A stretch of 64,000 bases of DNA from an uncultured Rhodospirillales bacterium. GTDB taxonomy: Bacteria > Pseudomonadota > Alphaproteobacteria > RF32 > CAG-239. The notes under the pieces were generated by a model. The model was not told where the DNA came from and ran no database searches. It saw only the letters and a list, made by a program, of their open reading frames with translations. The number at the start of each line of letters is the position of its first letter. The stretch's first letter is position 1. The position numbers were made by a program, and so were the translations under genes. The DNA lies in assembly GCA_902778645.1 (NCBI GenBank), contig CACYYO010000001.1, positions 2,951 through 66,950 on the forward strand, written 5' to 3'. This document shows, piece by piece, positions 18,452 through 28,194 of the stretch.

Positions 18452-18988
18452 ATGAAAAGTTTGTGGGAGCTGGCGATTATTTTTTTTCGGATAGGGTGTT
18501 TTATGTTCGGCGGTGGTTCGGCAATGCTTCCTTTGTTGGAGGAAGAGTTGGTCGTGCGTCGTCAGTGGCTGAACCGAGAGCAATTAATGGATTATTATAC
18601 GATAGGACAATCAACTCCGGGAATTATTGCCGTTAATGTGGCTACTTTTACAGGGTATACAAAAGCCGGTATTAAAGGGGCGCTGGTTGCAACGTTAGCG
18701 TTAGTCTTGGCTCCGATGTGTGTTATTTTATGTTTAGCGAATGTTTTGACTTATTATATGGAGAATCCTTATGTCATGCGGGCATTTACCGGTATTCGCA
18801 TTGTTGTGATTGCACTGATTGCCGAGGCAGTATGCCGGTTATGGAATGCTGCGGTTAAAAATAAAACAGATATTTTGTTTTTTTTAATCGCTTTCGGATT
18901 GGCGGTCGGCGGGGTATCGGTGATTATGATTATGTTGCTTTTTGTGGCAGGGAATGTCCTTTATTTTTGGCGAAGAGGCTGGAAATGA
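18452..18988 (+). CDS. chromate-transporter (CHR) family short protein, half 1
   Basis: FFRIGCFMFGGGSAMLPLLEEELV..WL...QLMDYYTIGQSTPGIIAVNVATFTGY. Confidence 0.8.
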   Translation: MKSLWELAIIFFRIGCFMFGGGSAMLPLLEEELVVRRQWLNREQLMDYYTIGQSTPGIIAVNVATFTGYTKAGIKGALVATLALVLAPMCVILCLANVLTYYMENPYVMRAFTGIRIVVIALIAEAVCRLWNAAVKNKTDILFFLIAFGLAVGGVSVIMIMLLFVAGNVLYFWRRGWK

Positions 18989-19500
18989 TTTATATAACGC
19001 TGTTTTGGGAATTTTTTAAGATTGGGGCTCTGGCTGTCGGCGGCGGGTTGGTGACGGTTCCTTTTTTGTATGATTTGTCAGCACTGCATGGTTGGTTTAG
19101 CCCGCAAGAGTTGACGGATATGATTGCCGTTTCCGAATCGACACCGGGACCGATCGGGGTTAATATGGCCACCTTTGCCGGTTTCCGAGCTGCCGGTATC
19201 AGTGGTGGAATTATAGCAACGCTCGGTTTACTGACCCCGTCATTTCTTATTATTTTGTTTTTGGCGCGCTATTTGAAGACTCATGCTCATGATTTTAAGT
19301 TTGCTTTAGTCCTTAAGAATATCCGTCCTGTCTCTATGGCCTTAATTGCCTTCGGGGGCTTTTTTATCGCTAAGGCCTTGGTGCATACTTGGGAAACGGG
19401 AGCTGTGGCGGGAATCGTTTTCCTTTTTATTCACTTTGTCAAAATACATCCGATACTCTACATTTGTTTAGGGGTTATCGGAGGATTGTTATTGGCATAA
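18985..19500 (+). CDS. chromate-transporter (CHR) family short protein, half 2
   Basis: FFKIGALAVGGGLVTVPFL....GWFSPQELTDMIAVSESTPGPIGVNMATFAGF. I prefer the ATG at 18985, which forms an ATGA overlap with the upstream stop (the track TTG start is at 18967). Confidence 0.8.
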   Translation: MIYITLFWEFFKIGALAVGGGLVTVPFLYDLSALHGWFSPQELTDMIAVSESTPGPIGVNMATFAGFRAAGISGGIIATLGLLTPSFLIILFLARYLKTHAHDFKFALVLKNIRPVSMALIAFGGFFIAKALVHTWETGAVAGIVFLFIHFVKIHPILYICLGVIGGLLLA

Positions 19501-19524
19501 AAAAACCGCCCGAAGGCGGTTTTT
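19501..19524. terminator. bidirectional Rho-independent terminator
   Basis: Stem accgcc (19505-19510) pairs with ggcggt (19515-19520), loop cgaa, flanked by A- and T-tracts, between convergent genes. Confidence 0.75.
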
Positions 19525-19526
19525 AT

Positions 19527-19778
19527 TTATTTCATATCCAGCGCTTCTTTATAAGTATTAAGTAGTGCCTCTTGTTCATCACGGTCAGCATCATTCATTT
19601 TACGGAGTTTGAGAATCGTCCGCATAATTTTAACATCGAATCCGGCGCCTTTGGCTTCAGTAAAGATATCGCGGATATCCGATGCAATTCCTGATTTCTC
19701 TTCTTCTAAACGTTCGATACGTTCAATCAATGAGCGTAATCTGTCTGCGGCAATACCGCCAACTTCTGTTTCTGCCAT
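19527..19778 (-). CDS. gapR: GapR / UPF0335 (DUF2312) nucleoid-associated protein
   Basis: LRSLIERIERLEEEKSGIASDIRDIFTEAKGAGFDVKIMRTILKLRKM matches the GapR family core. Confidence 0.85.
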   Translation of the reverse strand: MAETEVGGIAADRLRSLIERIERLEEEKSGIASDIRDIFTEAKGAGFDVKIMRTILKLRKMNDADRDEQEALLNTYKEALDMK

Positions 19779-19916
19779 TTTTTATCTCCTCTTAACAGTT
19801 AATTTGATGGTCTCGGTTATAGCAAAGCTTGATTATTTTTACAAGAAATAAATAGCTTGTTAATCTATTTTGATTATATATAAGACAGTTATTTACATTT
19901 AGAAGGATCTTTTGTT

Positions 19917-21344
19917 ATGCCGCAGAATACTCGAACAAAAATTATCGCAACTATCGGACCGGCCACTGCCAGTAAAGAAAAATTGGAGCAGTTGATTGAT
20001 GCCGGTGTTGATGCTTTTCGTTTTAATTTCAGTCATGGGACGCATGCCGAACATAAAGCCCGCTTTAAGTTGGTACGGCAGTTATGCAAAGAAAAAAATG
20101 TTCGTATCTCTATTCTTGCCGATATGCAAGGGCCAAAGTTGAGAGTAGGGGAGTTTAAGGAAAAACAAGTTCTACTCGTTAAAGGGGCAAAGTTTGTATT
20201 AGATATGAAAAATGAGTTAGGCAGTGTGGACCGTGTTACGTTGCCTCATCCTGAAATTTTTAAGGCTCTGAAGAAAAATGATGTTTTGTTGCTCAATGAC
20301 GGTAATATTCGTTTGAGAGTCGATGAGTGTGATAAAAAGCATGCTGTGACAACCGTTTTGGTCGGTGGTTATTTATCAAGCCACAAGGGTGTTAACTTGC
20401 CGAACATTCATTTACCGATTTCAGCACTGACAGAGAAAGATAAAGATGATTTGGCGTTTGCTTTGAAACTCGGGGTAGATTGGGTTTGTTTGTCTTTTGT
20501 GCAAAAAGCCGAAGATGTGCGGTTGGCAAAGAAGTTGATTAACGGCAAAGCGTGGATTATTTCGAAGTTAGAAAAACCGAGTGCCGTTAAAGAATTGGAG
20601 GAAATTGTCAGCGAATCCGATGCCGTTATGGTAGCTCGCGGTGATTTGGGCGTTGAGTGTCCGTTGCCGACAGTTCCGGTCTTGCAAAAGAAAATTGTTT
20701 CGGTTTGTCGTCGCTATGCCAAGCCGGTGATTGTCGCAACACAAATGCTGGAATCAATGATAAATGCCCCGACACCAACGCGTGCGGAAGTTTCTGATGT
20801 CGCAGCAGCGGTTTATGATGGGGCGGATACGGTTATGTTGTCGGCAGAAACAGCTGTCGGGCAATATCCGATTGAGGCGGTCAAAATGATGCACCAAACC
20901 ATACAAGAGGTTGAGAAAGATCCGTTATTTTATCATTTTATGAGAAGTTCGCGCATTCGTGCCGAATTTATCAGTTCTGATGAGGCAGATGCGATTTCTT
21001 GTGCGGCCGGAGATATGACCTCTGAGTTAAAAAATGTTGCTGCGGTTATTACGTTTACAACTTCGGGTGCCACAACTTTGTTAACCGCCAGAGAACGTCC
21101 AGATTTACCGATTTTAGCCGTAACGCCTGATGAAGAGGTTGCTAATCGTATGGGTATTGTTTGGGGCGTACGCGGTTGTGTGAACAAAGGTGTCTTCAAA
21201 AATTTCAATAATGTTGAGACAATATCCCGTAAAATTGCTTTGGAGACCGGTATTGCAAAAGTAGGGCAATATATTGTCGTCACAGCTGGTTTTCCGCTTT
21301 TGAAAGGCGGTAAAACGAACCTGTTGCATATCATCAAATTATAG
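19917..21344 (+). CDS. pyk: pyruvate kinase
   Basis: TKIIATIGPA, FRFNFSHG, ADMQGPKLR, MVARGDLGVE and ATQMLESM motifs. Confidence 0.97.
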   Translation: MPQNTRTKIIATIGPATASKEKLEQLIDAGVDAFRFNFSHGTHAEHKARFKLVRQLCKEKNVRISILADMQGPKLRVGEFKEKQVLLVKGAKFVLDMKNELGSVDRVTLPHPEIFKALKKNDVLLLNDGNIRLRVDECDKKHAVTTVLVGGYLSSHKGVNLPNIHLPISALTEKDKDDLAFALKLGVDWVCLSFVQKAEDVRLAKKLINGKAWIISKLEKPSAVKELEEIVSESDAVMVARGDLGVECPLPTVPVLQKKIVSVCRRYAKPVIVATQMLESMINAPTPTRAEVSDVAAAVYDGADTVMLSAETAVGQYPIEAVKMMHQTIQEVEKDPLFYHFMRSSRIRAEFISSDEADAISCAAGDMTSELKNVAAVITFTTSGATTLLTARERPDLPILAVTPDEEVANRMGIVWGVRGCVNKGVFKNFNNVETISRKIALETGIAKVGQYIVVTAGFPLLKGGKTNLLHIIKL

Positions 21345-21365
21345 AAACAGAATTTTCTTTGATGC

Positions 21366-21396
21366 AAAAAAAACTCCCTAGAGAAGGGAGTTTTTT
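21366..21396 (+). terminator. Rho-independent terminator after pyk
   Basis: Stem actccct (21373-21379) pairs with agggagt (21385-21391), followed by tttttt. Confidence 0.75.
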
Positions 21397-21398
21397 GA

Positions 21399-21484
21399 TG
21401 GTGCGACCGAGAAGACTTGAACTTCCATGAACTTAGTTCATAACGACCTCAACGTTACGCGTCTACCAATTTCGCCACGGTCGC
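21399..21484 (-). tRNA. tRNA-Leu (anticodon GAG), class II with long variable arm, CCA encoded
   Basis: Hand-folded cloverleaf: acceptor GCGACCG/CGGTCGC; D-stem GCG/CGC; anticodon stem TAACG/CGTTA with loop TTGAGGT; variable arm GAAC-TAA-GTTC; T-arm GGAAG-TTCAAGT-CTTCT; then A-CCA. Confidence 0.9.
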
Positions 21485-21545
21485 ACTGACGTCTATTTAT
21501 GTAGCCTAAAAGTTTTAGAAAATCAAGCCTTTTTTTATACAAACA

Positions 21546-21569
21546 AACCGCTCTTAATAAAGAGCGGTT
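21546..21569 (-). terminator. Rho-independent terminator after the DUF2934 gene
   Basis: Stem aaccgctctt (21546-21555) pairs with aagagcggtt (21560-21569). A T-rich tract follows on the minus strand. Confidence 0.65.
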
Positions 21570-21590
21570 GTCATCTAACAAAAATCGCTA

Positions 21591-21860
21591 TTATTTAGAT
21601 TTTTTAGTTGATTTTTTTGCAGGGCTTTTCTTAGAAGCTGAAGCTGTTTTGCAAGCAGATGTTTTTTTGCTTGTTAAAGAAGATAATAAGCCTTTAGAGC
21701 TTAAAGATGTCTTCTTTGAGTTATACAAACTGTTCAACTGATTGATGGCTGCATACCAATCTTGAGTACTGGTGTTCATCGGGCAACCATTGTTCTTCCA
21801 GATGAAGTAAGCAGCTTCTGCGATAGCTTGTTCACTTAAATTGCAATTTAATTTGTTCAT
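21591..21860 (-). CDS. DUF2934-like small protein with Lys/Ser-rich basic tail
   Basis: The N-terminus (IAEAAYFIWKNNGCPMNTSTQDWYAAINQL) resembles DUF2934. The C-terminus is KKTSACKTASASKKSPAKKSTKKSK. Confidence 0.6.
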   Translation of the reverse strand: MNKLNCNLSEQAIAEAAYFIWKNNGCPMNTSTQDWYAAINQLNSLYNSKKTSLSSKGLLSSLTSKKTSACKTASASKKSPAKKSTKKSK

Positions 21861-21967
21861 TTTAGTTCTCCTTAGTCAATAAAATCAGTTTTTGTTATAA
21901 AGAGAAAGTATTAATAAAAGATTTATAAAATATATTAATTTGCAATTTTTATGGAATAGAGCGTTTT

Positions 21968-23044
21968 TTAATCTAACTCGGCTAATCTTTGAGCTTGATC
22001 TTCCATGATCAAGGCATCGATAATTTCACCCAAGGCATCGCCGGAGACGACCTCATCTAATTTGTATAAGGTCAAATTAATACGATGGTCGGTGACACGG
22101 CCTTGCGGATAGTTGTACGTACGAATTCGTTCACTACGATCACCGGAGCCGACTTGCAGTTTGCGGCGTTCTGAGTATTCGCTGTCAATCTGTGATTTTT
22201 GTAAATCGTACAATTTGGAGCGCAAGTGGTTCATTGCCTTTTCTTTGTTTTTAAATTGAGAACGATCATCTTGGCATTGCACTACTGTTCCTGTCGGAAT
22301 GTGGGTAATGCGGACGGCAGATTCTGTTCTGTTAACGTGTTGTCCACCGGCACCGGAGGCACGATAAACATCGATTTTCAGGTCAGCCGGATTAATATAC
22401 ATATCAACTTCTTCAATTTCGGGTAATACAGCAACTGTTGCCGCAGAAGTGTGAACACGTCCCTGAGATTCCGTAATCGGCACACGTTGTACACGATGTG
22501 CGCCGGATTCAAATTTGAGGCGTGCAAATACATCTTTTCCGGTGATTTTTGCACTGGCTTGTTTATAGCCCCCTAAACCGTTTTCATCGACATCAAGAAC
22601 CTCAAATTTCCAGCCCATATTGGCGGAATATCTTTGATACATTTCGAACAAAACGGCACCAAACAGAGCGGCTTCATCGCCACCGGTCCCGGCGCGTACT
22701 TCAAGAATCGCGTTTTTCTCATCTTCCTCATCTTTAGGGAGAAGTAAGATTTTGATTTGTTTTTCCATTTCCGGAAGTTTTTCTTTGGTCTCAAAATATT
22801 CTGTTTCAGCCAGTTCCCGCATTTCCTTATCTAAGGAAGTATCCTCCATCATGGCTTTGGCGTCATTCATATTTTGTTCGGCAGCTTTATATTCTTTGAC
22901 AGCCTCAACAACGGGGGTTAGGGTTGAGAGTTCTTTGTTCATTTTTACCAAATCATCTGCACTGACGTTCGGGGAAGAAATCAAGGCTTGGATTTCTTCA
23001 AAACGGTTGACGACGTTGGCCAGTTTTTCTGCAAAAGCAACCAT
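21968..23044 (-). CDS. prfA: peptide chain release factor 1
   Basis: [20 protein letters not shown] (GGQ) and an RF1-type PxT tripeptide ([13 protein letters not shown]). Confidence 0.97.
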   Translation of the reverse strand: MVAFAEKLANVVNRFEEIQALISSPNVSADDLVKMNKELSTLTPVVEAVKEYKAAEQNMNDAKAMMEDTSLDKEMRELAETEYFETKEKLPEMEKQIKILLLPKDEEDEKNAILEVRAGTGGDEAALFGAVLFEMYQRYSANMGWKFEVLDVDENGLGGYKQASAKITGKDVFARLKFESGAHRVQRVPITESQGRVHTSAATVAVLPEIEEVDMYINPADLKIDVYRASGAGGQHVNRTESAVRITHIPTGTVVQCQDDRSQFKNKEKAMNHLRSKLYDLQKSQIDSEYSERRKLQVGSGDRSERIRTYNYPQGRVTDHRINLTLYKLDEVVSGDALGEIIDALIMEDQAQRLAELD

Positions 23045-24279
23045 TAATTCAGCTCCTTTAATAAATCTGCAAGAGCAACCGTTTTTTGTTCCCCTTTATC
23101 TAAATCTTTGAGGGTGATTTTTTGCGCCGATAACTCGTCGCTTCCTATGATTACGGCTGTACAAGCATTAACTTTATTGGCCTTTATCATCCGCTTTTTC
23201 ATGTTCCCGGTGTAACTGTGCTCAACACGATAGCCGGCACGTCTTAATTTATAAGCAATTTTGATGGCTTCATCTTGTGTGTCTTCCCCAACAGGGATAA
23301 CAGCAATCGGACGAGGAAGAGTTGGCGCCGCATCTAAGAGCATGCTCAATCTTTCTACTCCACAAGCCCAGCCGATACCGGCTACGTGACCACCACCCAT
23401 TTGTTCGACCAAACCATCGTAGCGTCCGCCGGCAAGCACGGTTCCTTGAGCGCCTAATTTATCGGTTACTAATTCAAATACAGTATGAGAGTAGTAATCA
23501 AGACCACGTACCAGACGATTGTTAACACGATATTTAATGCCTAAATTATCTAACCCGCGCAAAACATCAGCAAAGAATTTTGCAGATGCCTCATTAAGGC
23601 TGTCAGCATAAAGAGGGGCATTCGCAACGACTTGCTTGTCGCATTCTTCTTTTGAATCCAAAACACGTAAAGGATTTTTTTCTAATCTGTTTTTAGAATC
23701 TTCTGACAGTTCATCAATGTGCTCTTTCAGGTATGTGACTAATTTGCTCCGATAAGCGTTGCGGCTTTCGGCATCGCCAAGGGAATTAATTTCGACTGTA
23801 ACCGTACCGGCTAAGCCCAAATTTTCGACAAACTCATAGGCCATGGAAATAACTTCAATATCTGCTTGAGGGGCTTCAACACCCAAGAGTTCACAGCCGA
23901 ATTGTGTGAATTGGCGTTGGCGGCCTTTTTGCGGGCGCTCATAGCGGAACATTGGTCCGGCATAATATAGCTTTACCGGAAGATTTTGTTGCATCCCTTC
24001 GGAAATAAAGGCCCTGACAACACCGGCGGTTCCTTCCGGTCTTAGCGTGAGGCTTTCGCCGCCGCGGTCCTCAAAGCAATACATTTCTTTCGTAACAATA
24101 TCAGAAGTGTCGCCTAAGTTGCGTGAAAAGACTTCCGTAAATTCAAAAATCGGTGTTTCAATTTCCTCAAAGCCATATTTTTCGACAATGCGGCTGCCGG
24201 TTGCGATGACTTGTTTTGCTTTTCTTTTAGCTTCACCGTATAAATCGTAAGTTCCGCGAACGCTTTGTAATTTTGCCAT
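23044..24279 (-). CDS. hisS: histidine--tRNA ligase
   Basis: Class II motifs: [40 protein letters not shown]. Its stop overlaps the prfA start by 1 nt. Confidence 0.95.
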   Translation of the reverse strand: MAKLQSVRGTYDLYGEAKRKAKQVIATGSRIVEKYGFEEIETPIFEFTEVFSRNLGDTSDIVTKEMYCFEDRGGESLTLRPEGTAGVVRAFISEGMQQNLPVKLYYAGPMFRYERPQKGRQRQFTQFGCELLGVEAPQADIEVISMAYEFVENLGLAGTVTVEINSLGDAESRNAYRSKLVTYLKEHIDELSEDSKNRLEKNPLRVLDSKEECDKQVVANAPLYADSLNEASAKFFADVLRGLDNLGIKYRVNNRLVRGLDYYSHTVFELVTDKLGAQGTVLAGGRYDGLVEQMGGGHVAGIGWACGVERLSMLLDAAPTLPRPIAVIPVGEDTQDEAIKIAYKLRRAGYRVEHSYTGNMKKRMIKANKVNACTAVIIGSDELSAQKITLKDLDKGEQKTVALADLLKELN

Positions 24280-24326
24280 AGTTGTTCCTTTTTATCAGTT
24301 TAATAGTTCTGTTATATACAAACAAA

Positions 24327-24358
24327 AAGAAATAGCAAGAGTTAACTTGCTATTTCTT
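24327..24358 (-). terminator. Rho-independent terminator after rodZ
   Basis: 13-bp stem aagaaatagcaag (24327-24339) pairs with cttgctatttctt (24346-24358). A T-rich tract follows on the minus strand. Confidence 0.8.
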
Positions 24359-24372
24359 TGAAATTCAATTAG

Positions 24373-25461
24373 TTAATGGTTTCCTAAAAAAGCATCCATT
24401 TTGATGTTGGTCTTTTTGTTGTTGGAAATAATGGTGACAATTTTACCATCAATCACGACATCAACACCATCGGTATTCCCAAAGGATACTGTTTTGCCGA
24501 CACCATTTTCGGGAAGAACGTATTCATCGCCGGCGTTGAGAACTTTACTAATCCACAACTTGTCTTTGTCTTTAACTTCTACCCAAGTTTCTTTTTTGAT
24601 TTTTAGAACAACGCGACCTTTTTTCTTGGTTTCAACAGGTGTTTCAGAAAGCTGCGGTTCCGGTTCAGTTGCTGATGTCTGTTCTGTTGTTTCTTTTACT
24701 TCTTTTGTTTCTTTTGCTTCTTTTACTTCTTCTTCAGAGACCTCCGTTGCCGGCTCTGTTTCAGAAGAGATTGGATTTTCGCTATCAACGAAAGAATCTT
24801 CACTGATGTTGATTTGAGAATCGCTAGTCAGTTCTTCGACAGGTGTCTCTGTCATTTCTGTGTAGGTCTCAATTTGCATCGGGTATTCTTCATTATCTGA
24901 AGCAGATACAATTTCTTGAGATGAAGAGGCTTCATCAACGGATGATTCCGGAGCCAATCTATCCCATAGTCCATAGCAGAGGATGAGTAAAATCAGACTG
25001 ATTACAATATACTTTCGATTTGAAGTCGGTGCTTCTTCTTCCTCGGAGATAGGTTGTTCCGTGGGAAGTGTTGTCACAGGTATGGATGGTTCCCCCATTT
25101 CTTCCTTGAAAATTTGAACAATACGAGCACTGTTTAAACCGAGGAAATTGGCATAGCTCTGAACGAATCCTATTCCATATGGCGGTTGAGGAATACTGTC
25201 GTAGTCGCTGTTTTCAATGGCTGTCAGATATGCTGTTTTGATACGCAATTTGTCGGCGACATCTTCAATAGTCAGCTTTTTTTTGGTGCGAACGTCACGA
25301 AGCATTGTCCCGACTTTTCCTTCTTGCAGGATGCTTTCTTCTCTTACTTCTTTCTTTTCAATTTTTTCTTCTTTTTCGGTTTTCGCGATTTTGGTTTTCT
25401 CTTTATTCACTGTTTTGCCCTCTGTTTGTTCATAAGAATCGTCCGACGTGTATTGAAACAT
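24373..25461 (-). CDS. rodZ: RodZ-like cytoskeleton protein (HTH + TM + DUF4115)
   Basis: HTH region GTMLRDVRTKKKLTIEDVADKLRIKTAYLTAIENSDYD, one TM segment (YIVISLILLILCYGLW), an acidic linker, and a C-terminal VVLKIKKETWVEVKDKD...DGVDVVIDG. Confidence 0.8.
   Translation of the reverse strand: MFQYTSDDSYEQTEGKTVNKEKTKIAKTEKEEKIEKKEVREESILQEGKVGTMLRDVRTKKKLTIEDVADKLRIKTAYLTAIENSDYDSIPQPPYGIGFVQSYANFLGLNSARIVQIFKEEMGEPSIPVTTLPTEQPISEEEEAPTSNRKYIVISLILLILCYGLWDRLAPESSVDEASSSQEIVSASDNEEYPMQIETYTEMTETPVEELTSDSQINISEDSFVDSENPISSETEPATEVSEEEVKEAKETKEVKETTEQTSATEPEPQLSETPVETKKKGRVVLKIKKETWVEVKDKDKLWISKVLNAGDEYVLPENGVGKTVSFGNTDGVDVVIDGKIVTIISNNKKTNIKMDAFLGNH
24691..24735. repeat. 9-bp tandem repeat (5 units) inside the rodZ linker
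   Basis: ttcttttac ttcttttgt ttcttttgc ttcttttac ttcttcttc, encoding the KE-rich EEEVKEAKETKEVKE segment. Confidence 0.8.
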
Positions 25462-25466
25462 ATTTT

Positions 25467-27731
25467 TTAATAGATTTCAATACCATGATCATGTGCATAT
25501 GCCACAAGTTGTGGACGAAGGTTTTTTTGTTGTGTATTCAATAGATTATTGATGTAGTCACTCACTTTCTGTATGTCTGTACTGCGCAGCATTGTCTTTA
25601 TGCGGCCGTATGATGCGCCACTGGTGGATAAATTTCGGTAACCAAGCCCCAGTAACACCATGGCCTCTAAAGGATTACTTGCCATTTCACCGCAAACCGA
25701 GCAATAAGTATGATATTTGTCGGCTTTGTCAATGATTTTCTTCATTACTCTTAAAAAAGGAGAAGAAAGAACATCGTAACGATCGCTTAAGCGTGGATTG
25801 CCACGATCGCTGGCAAAAATAAACTGAGCCAAATCATTAGTTCCGACGGATATAAAATCTGTTTTAGGCAACAAATCATCCAGTTGAAACAAAAGCGACG
25901 GAACTTCAATCATCAATCCGATGTTAACTTTTGGGGGAATTTCCAGGCCATTACGTTTTTCTTTTTCCATTTCAAGAAGAAGTGTTTCTTTGGCATCTTC
26001 AAACTCATTAATATCAGAAATCATAGGGAACATAATATTGAGTTCTTTTCCTTCTGCAGCACGTAAAAACGCTTGCAGTTGCTTTCTCAATATGGCACGG
26101 CGATCAAGAGTAATACGAATTGAGCGCCAACCGATAGCCGGATTGTCTTCTCCCATTTTACCCCAGTAAGGGAGTAACTTGTCAGAACCAACGTCAAGTG
26201 TTCTAAATGTGACGCGACGTTTTCCGGCTCTCTCAAACGTATCTCTGTAATAATTTATCTGTTGCTCAACACCGGGCATCATCTCTGATGACATAAACGG
26301 AATCTCGGTTCTGTATAGGCCGACACCGTCGCACCCGGTTGTTTCCAGATAATCTAAATCGAAAGATAATCCGACATTGATATACAATCCGACCTTTTGC
26401 TTATCTAAGGATTGATTGGGCAGGTTTTTGAGCTTTGCCAGCTTGATTGCCAGTTGTGCTTTCTCAGCAATTTTAGCTTGAATTCTGGCCAGAATAATTT
26501 GTCCGGGATTGATATATATGTATCCTTCTTCGCCGTCCAGGGCAATTATTTGACCGTTTTTGACGCTATCAAATAATCCTTTTACTTTTGAAATAACCGG
26601 AATCCCCAGAGCCTTGGCTACGATGGCAACGTGCATCGTCGGGGTGCCGTCCTCGATGATCAGCCCGCGAATCTTGGTGTAATCATAGTCCATTAGGTCG
26701 GCAGGTCCCATCGTTTGGGAAATGATAATAAGATTTTGCTCTTTAAGAGCATTTTTTTCGTTGCCGGAATCTCCGTACAGGTAGTTTTGCAGTCTGTCAG
26801 AAATATCTCGTAAATCGTGCAAACGTTCTCTTAAATACTGGTCAGATGTTGCAGAAAGACGGTTCCACATATCTTCATATGTTCTTTCAATAGCCGTTTC
26901 TGCAGTTAGCCCGCCGTTAACATAATCGGCAATTTTTTTGTACCACCCTTTATCTTTGGCCAACATTCGGTAGGCGTCTAAGATTTCGATGTGTTCACCG
27001 ACTCCGAGTTTTGTGTTGGTGAATTTGACATCCAAATCTTTGTTCATTTTTTTATAGGCTTTTTCTAAGCGCTTTAGTTCAGCATCTTTGTCTTCGGCAA
27101 AAATTTTGTTAGCAGCTTGCCGACGCCGGTGTACAACGGCTTGTCCTATTCCGTAACCTTTACTCAAGCTGACACCTTTAATTCGATCGGTTGCTAATTC
27201 TCCTTTTTGACGCAACAGGGACTCTTTGTATTCTGACATATCATCTGAGTACAAAATGTCGCTGACAATCATCGCATAGGTTTCAAAGCAATTAATTTCA
27301 GCGGGAGTATATTCTTCTGCGGTACTTTTTTGTAGAACAAGTACGCCGAGCAGTCTTTTGTTGCGAATAACAGGTATGGCAGCAAAGGCAAGAAAATTGT
27401 TTTCAAGTTCCGGATAATTGAAAGAATGGGGGTGTTTATTGATATCTGCCAGGTTTATAATCCGGCGATTTTGCGCGGCCTCGCCGATTAACCCTTCTCC
27501 GATACGAATATTAGCCTGATGGATAGCTTCCTCGTAATGACCATCAGCAGCAAAAAGTTCCAAATTCTTTTTATCGACCAAAACAAAACAACTGACGGCA
27601 TCACTTTGACTGGATTGACGGATAACCTGAATAACTTGTCTCAATTTGCTTTGCGGTTCATCCGTACTTTCGTTAATTTGTCGCAATGTATTGAGGGTTT
27701 TTGCTGTATTTTTGTCGGTTTGTGCAACCAT
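25467..27731 (-). CDS. ptsP: phosphoenolpyruvate--protein phosphotransferase PtsP (EI-Ntr, GAF + EI)
   Basis: N-terminal GAF-like region, and an EI core with GGLTAETAI..., the phosphohistidine region EDGTPTMHVAIVAKALGIP, and GLYRTEIPF. Confidence 0.93.
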   Translation of the reverse strand: MVAQTDKNTAKTLNTLRQINESTDEPQSKLRQVIQVIRQSSQSDAVSCFVLVDKKNLELFAADGHYEEAIHQANIRIGEGLIGEAAQNRRIINLADINKHPHSFNYPELENNFLAFAAIPVIRNKRLLGVLVLQKSTAEEYTPAEINCFETYAMIVSDILYSDDMSEYKESLLRQKGELATDRIKGVSLSKGYGIGQAVVHRRRQAANKIFAEDKDAELKRLEKAYKKMNKDLDVKFTNTKLGVGEHIEILDAYRMLAKDKGWYKKIADYVNGGLTAETAIERTYEDMWNRLSATSDQYLRERLHDLRDISDRLQNYLYGDSGNEKNALKEQNLIIISQTMGPADLMDYDYTKIRGLIIEDGTPTMHVAIVAKALGIPVISKVKGLFDSVKNGQIIALDGEEGYIYINPGQIILARIQAKIAEKAQLAIKLAKLKNLPNQSLDKQKVGLYINVGLSFDLDYLETTGCDGVGLYRTEIPFMSSEMMPGVEQQINYYRDTFERAGKRRVTFRTLDVGSDKLLPYWGKMGEDNPAIGWRSIRITLDRRAILRKQLQAFLRAAEGKELNIMFPMISDINEFEDAKETLLLEMEKEKRNGLEIPPKVNIGLMIEVPSLLFQLDDLLPKTDFISVGTNDLAQFIFASDRGNPRLSDRYDVLSSPFLRVMKKIIDKADKYHTYCSVCGEMASNPLEAMVLLGLGYRNLSTSGASYGRIKTMLRSTDIQKVSDYINNLLNTQQKNLRPQLVAYAHDHGIEIY

Positions 27732-27829
27732 CTTTGTTCCCAGTTCGTAAAATTATTCTTGCGCTTTAAGTTATATTATCTATATTCTTTTTCATCAAGT
27801 ATTATGTTTAACTTATGGAGGATAATTTT

Positions 27830-28192
27830 ATGGCAAATACATACCAAAAAGGGGATCACGATACTCGCCCGTGGGGAACATGGGAGGTTTTAGATGCCGG
27901 TGAAGGTTTTTGCGTTAAACGAATTAAAGTTTTGCCTCATAGCATGCTTTCTTTACAATCTCATAATTTTCGTTCAGAGCACTGGATTATCATTAAAGGA
28001 AAAGCCGTTGTTACTCTGGGAGATGAAAAGTTAAATAAAAAAATTAATGATGCTATTTATATTCCGGTGAAAACAAAGCATCGTATTCAGAATGATACGG
28101 AAACTGATATGGAATTTATTGAAATCCAGGCCGGAGAGAATCTGGACGAGGGGGATATTGTCCGCTATGAGGACATCTACGGCAGAGCATAA
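27830..28192 (+). CDS. cupin-domain protein (type II phosphomannose isomerase C-terminal-like)
   Basis: RPWGTWEVL..G..F.VKRI.V.P...LSLQSHNFRSEHWIII.G. I prefer the second ATG (27830), preceded by GGAGGA (the track start is at 27815). Confidence 0.75.
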   Translation: MANTYQKGDHDTRPWGTWEVLDAGEGFCVKRIKVLPHSMLSLQSHNFRSEHWIIIKGKAVVTLGDEKLNKKINDAIYIPVKTKHRIQNDTETDMEFIEIQAGENLDEGDIVRYEDIYGRA

Positions 28193-28194
28193 AA

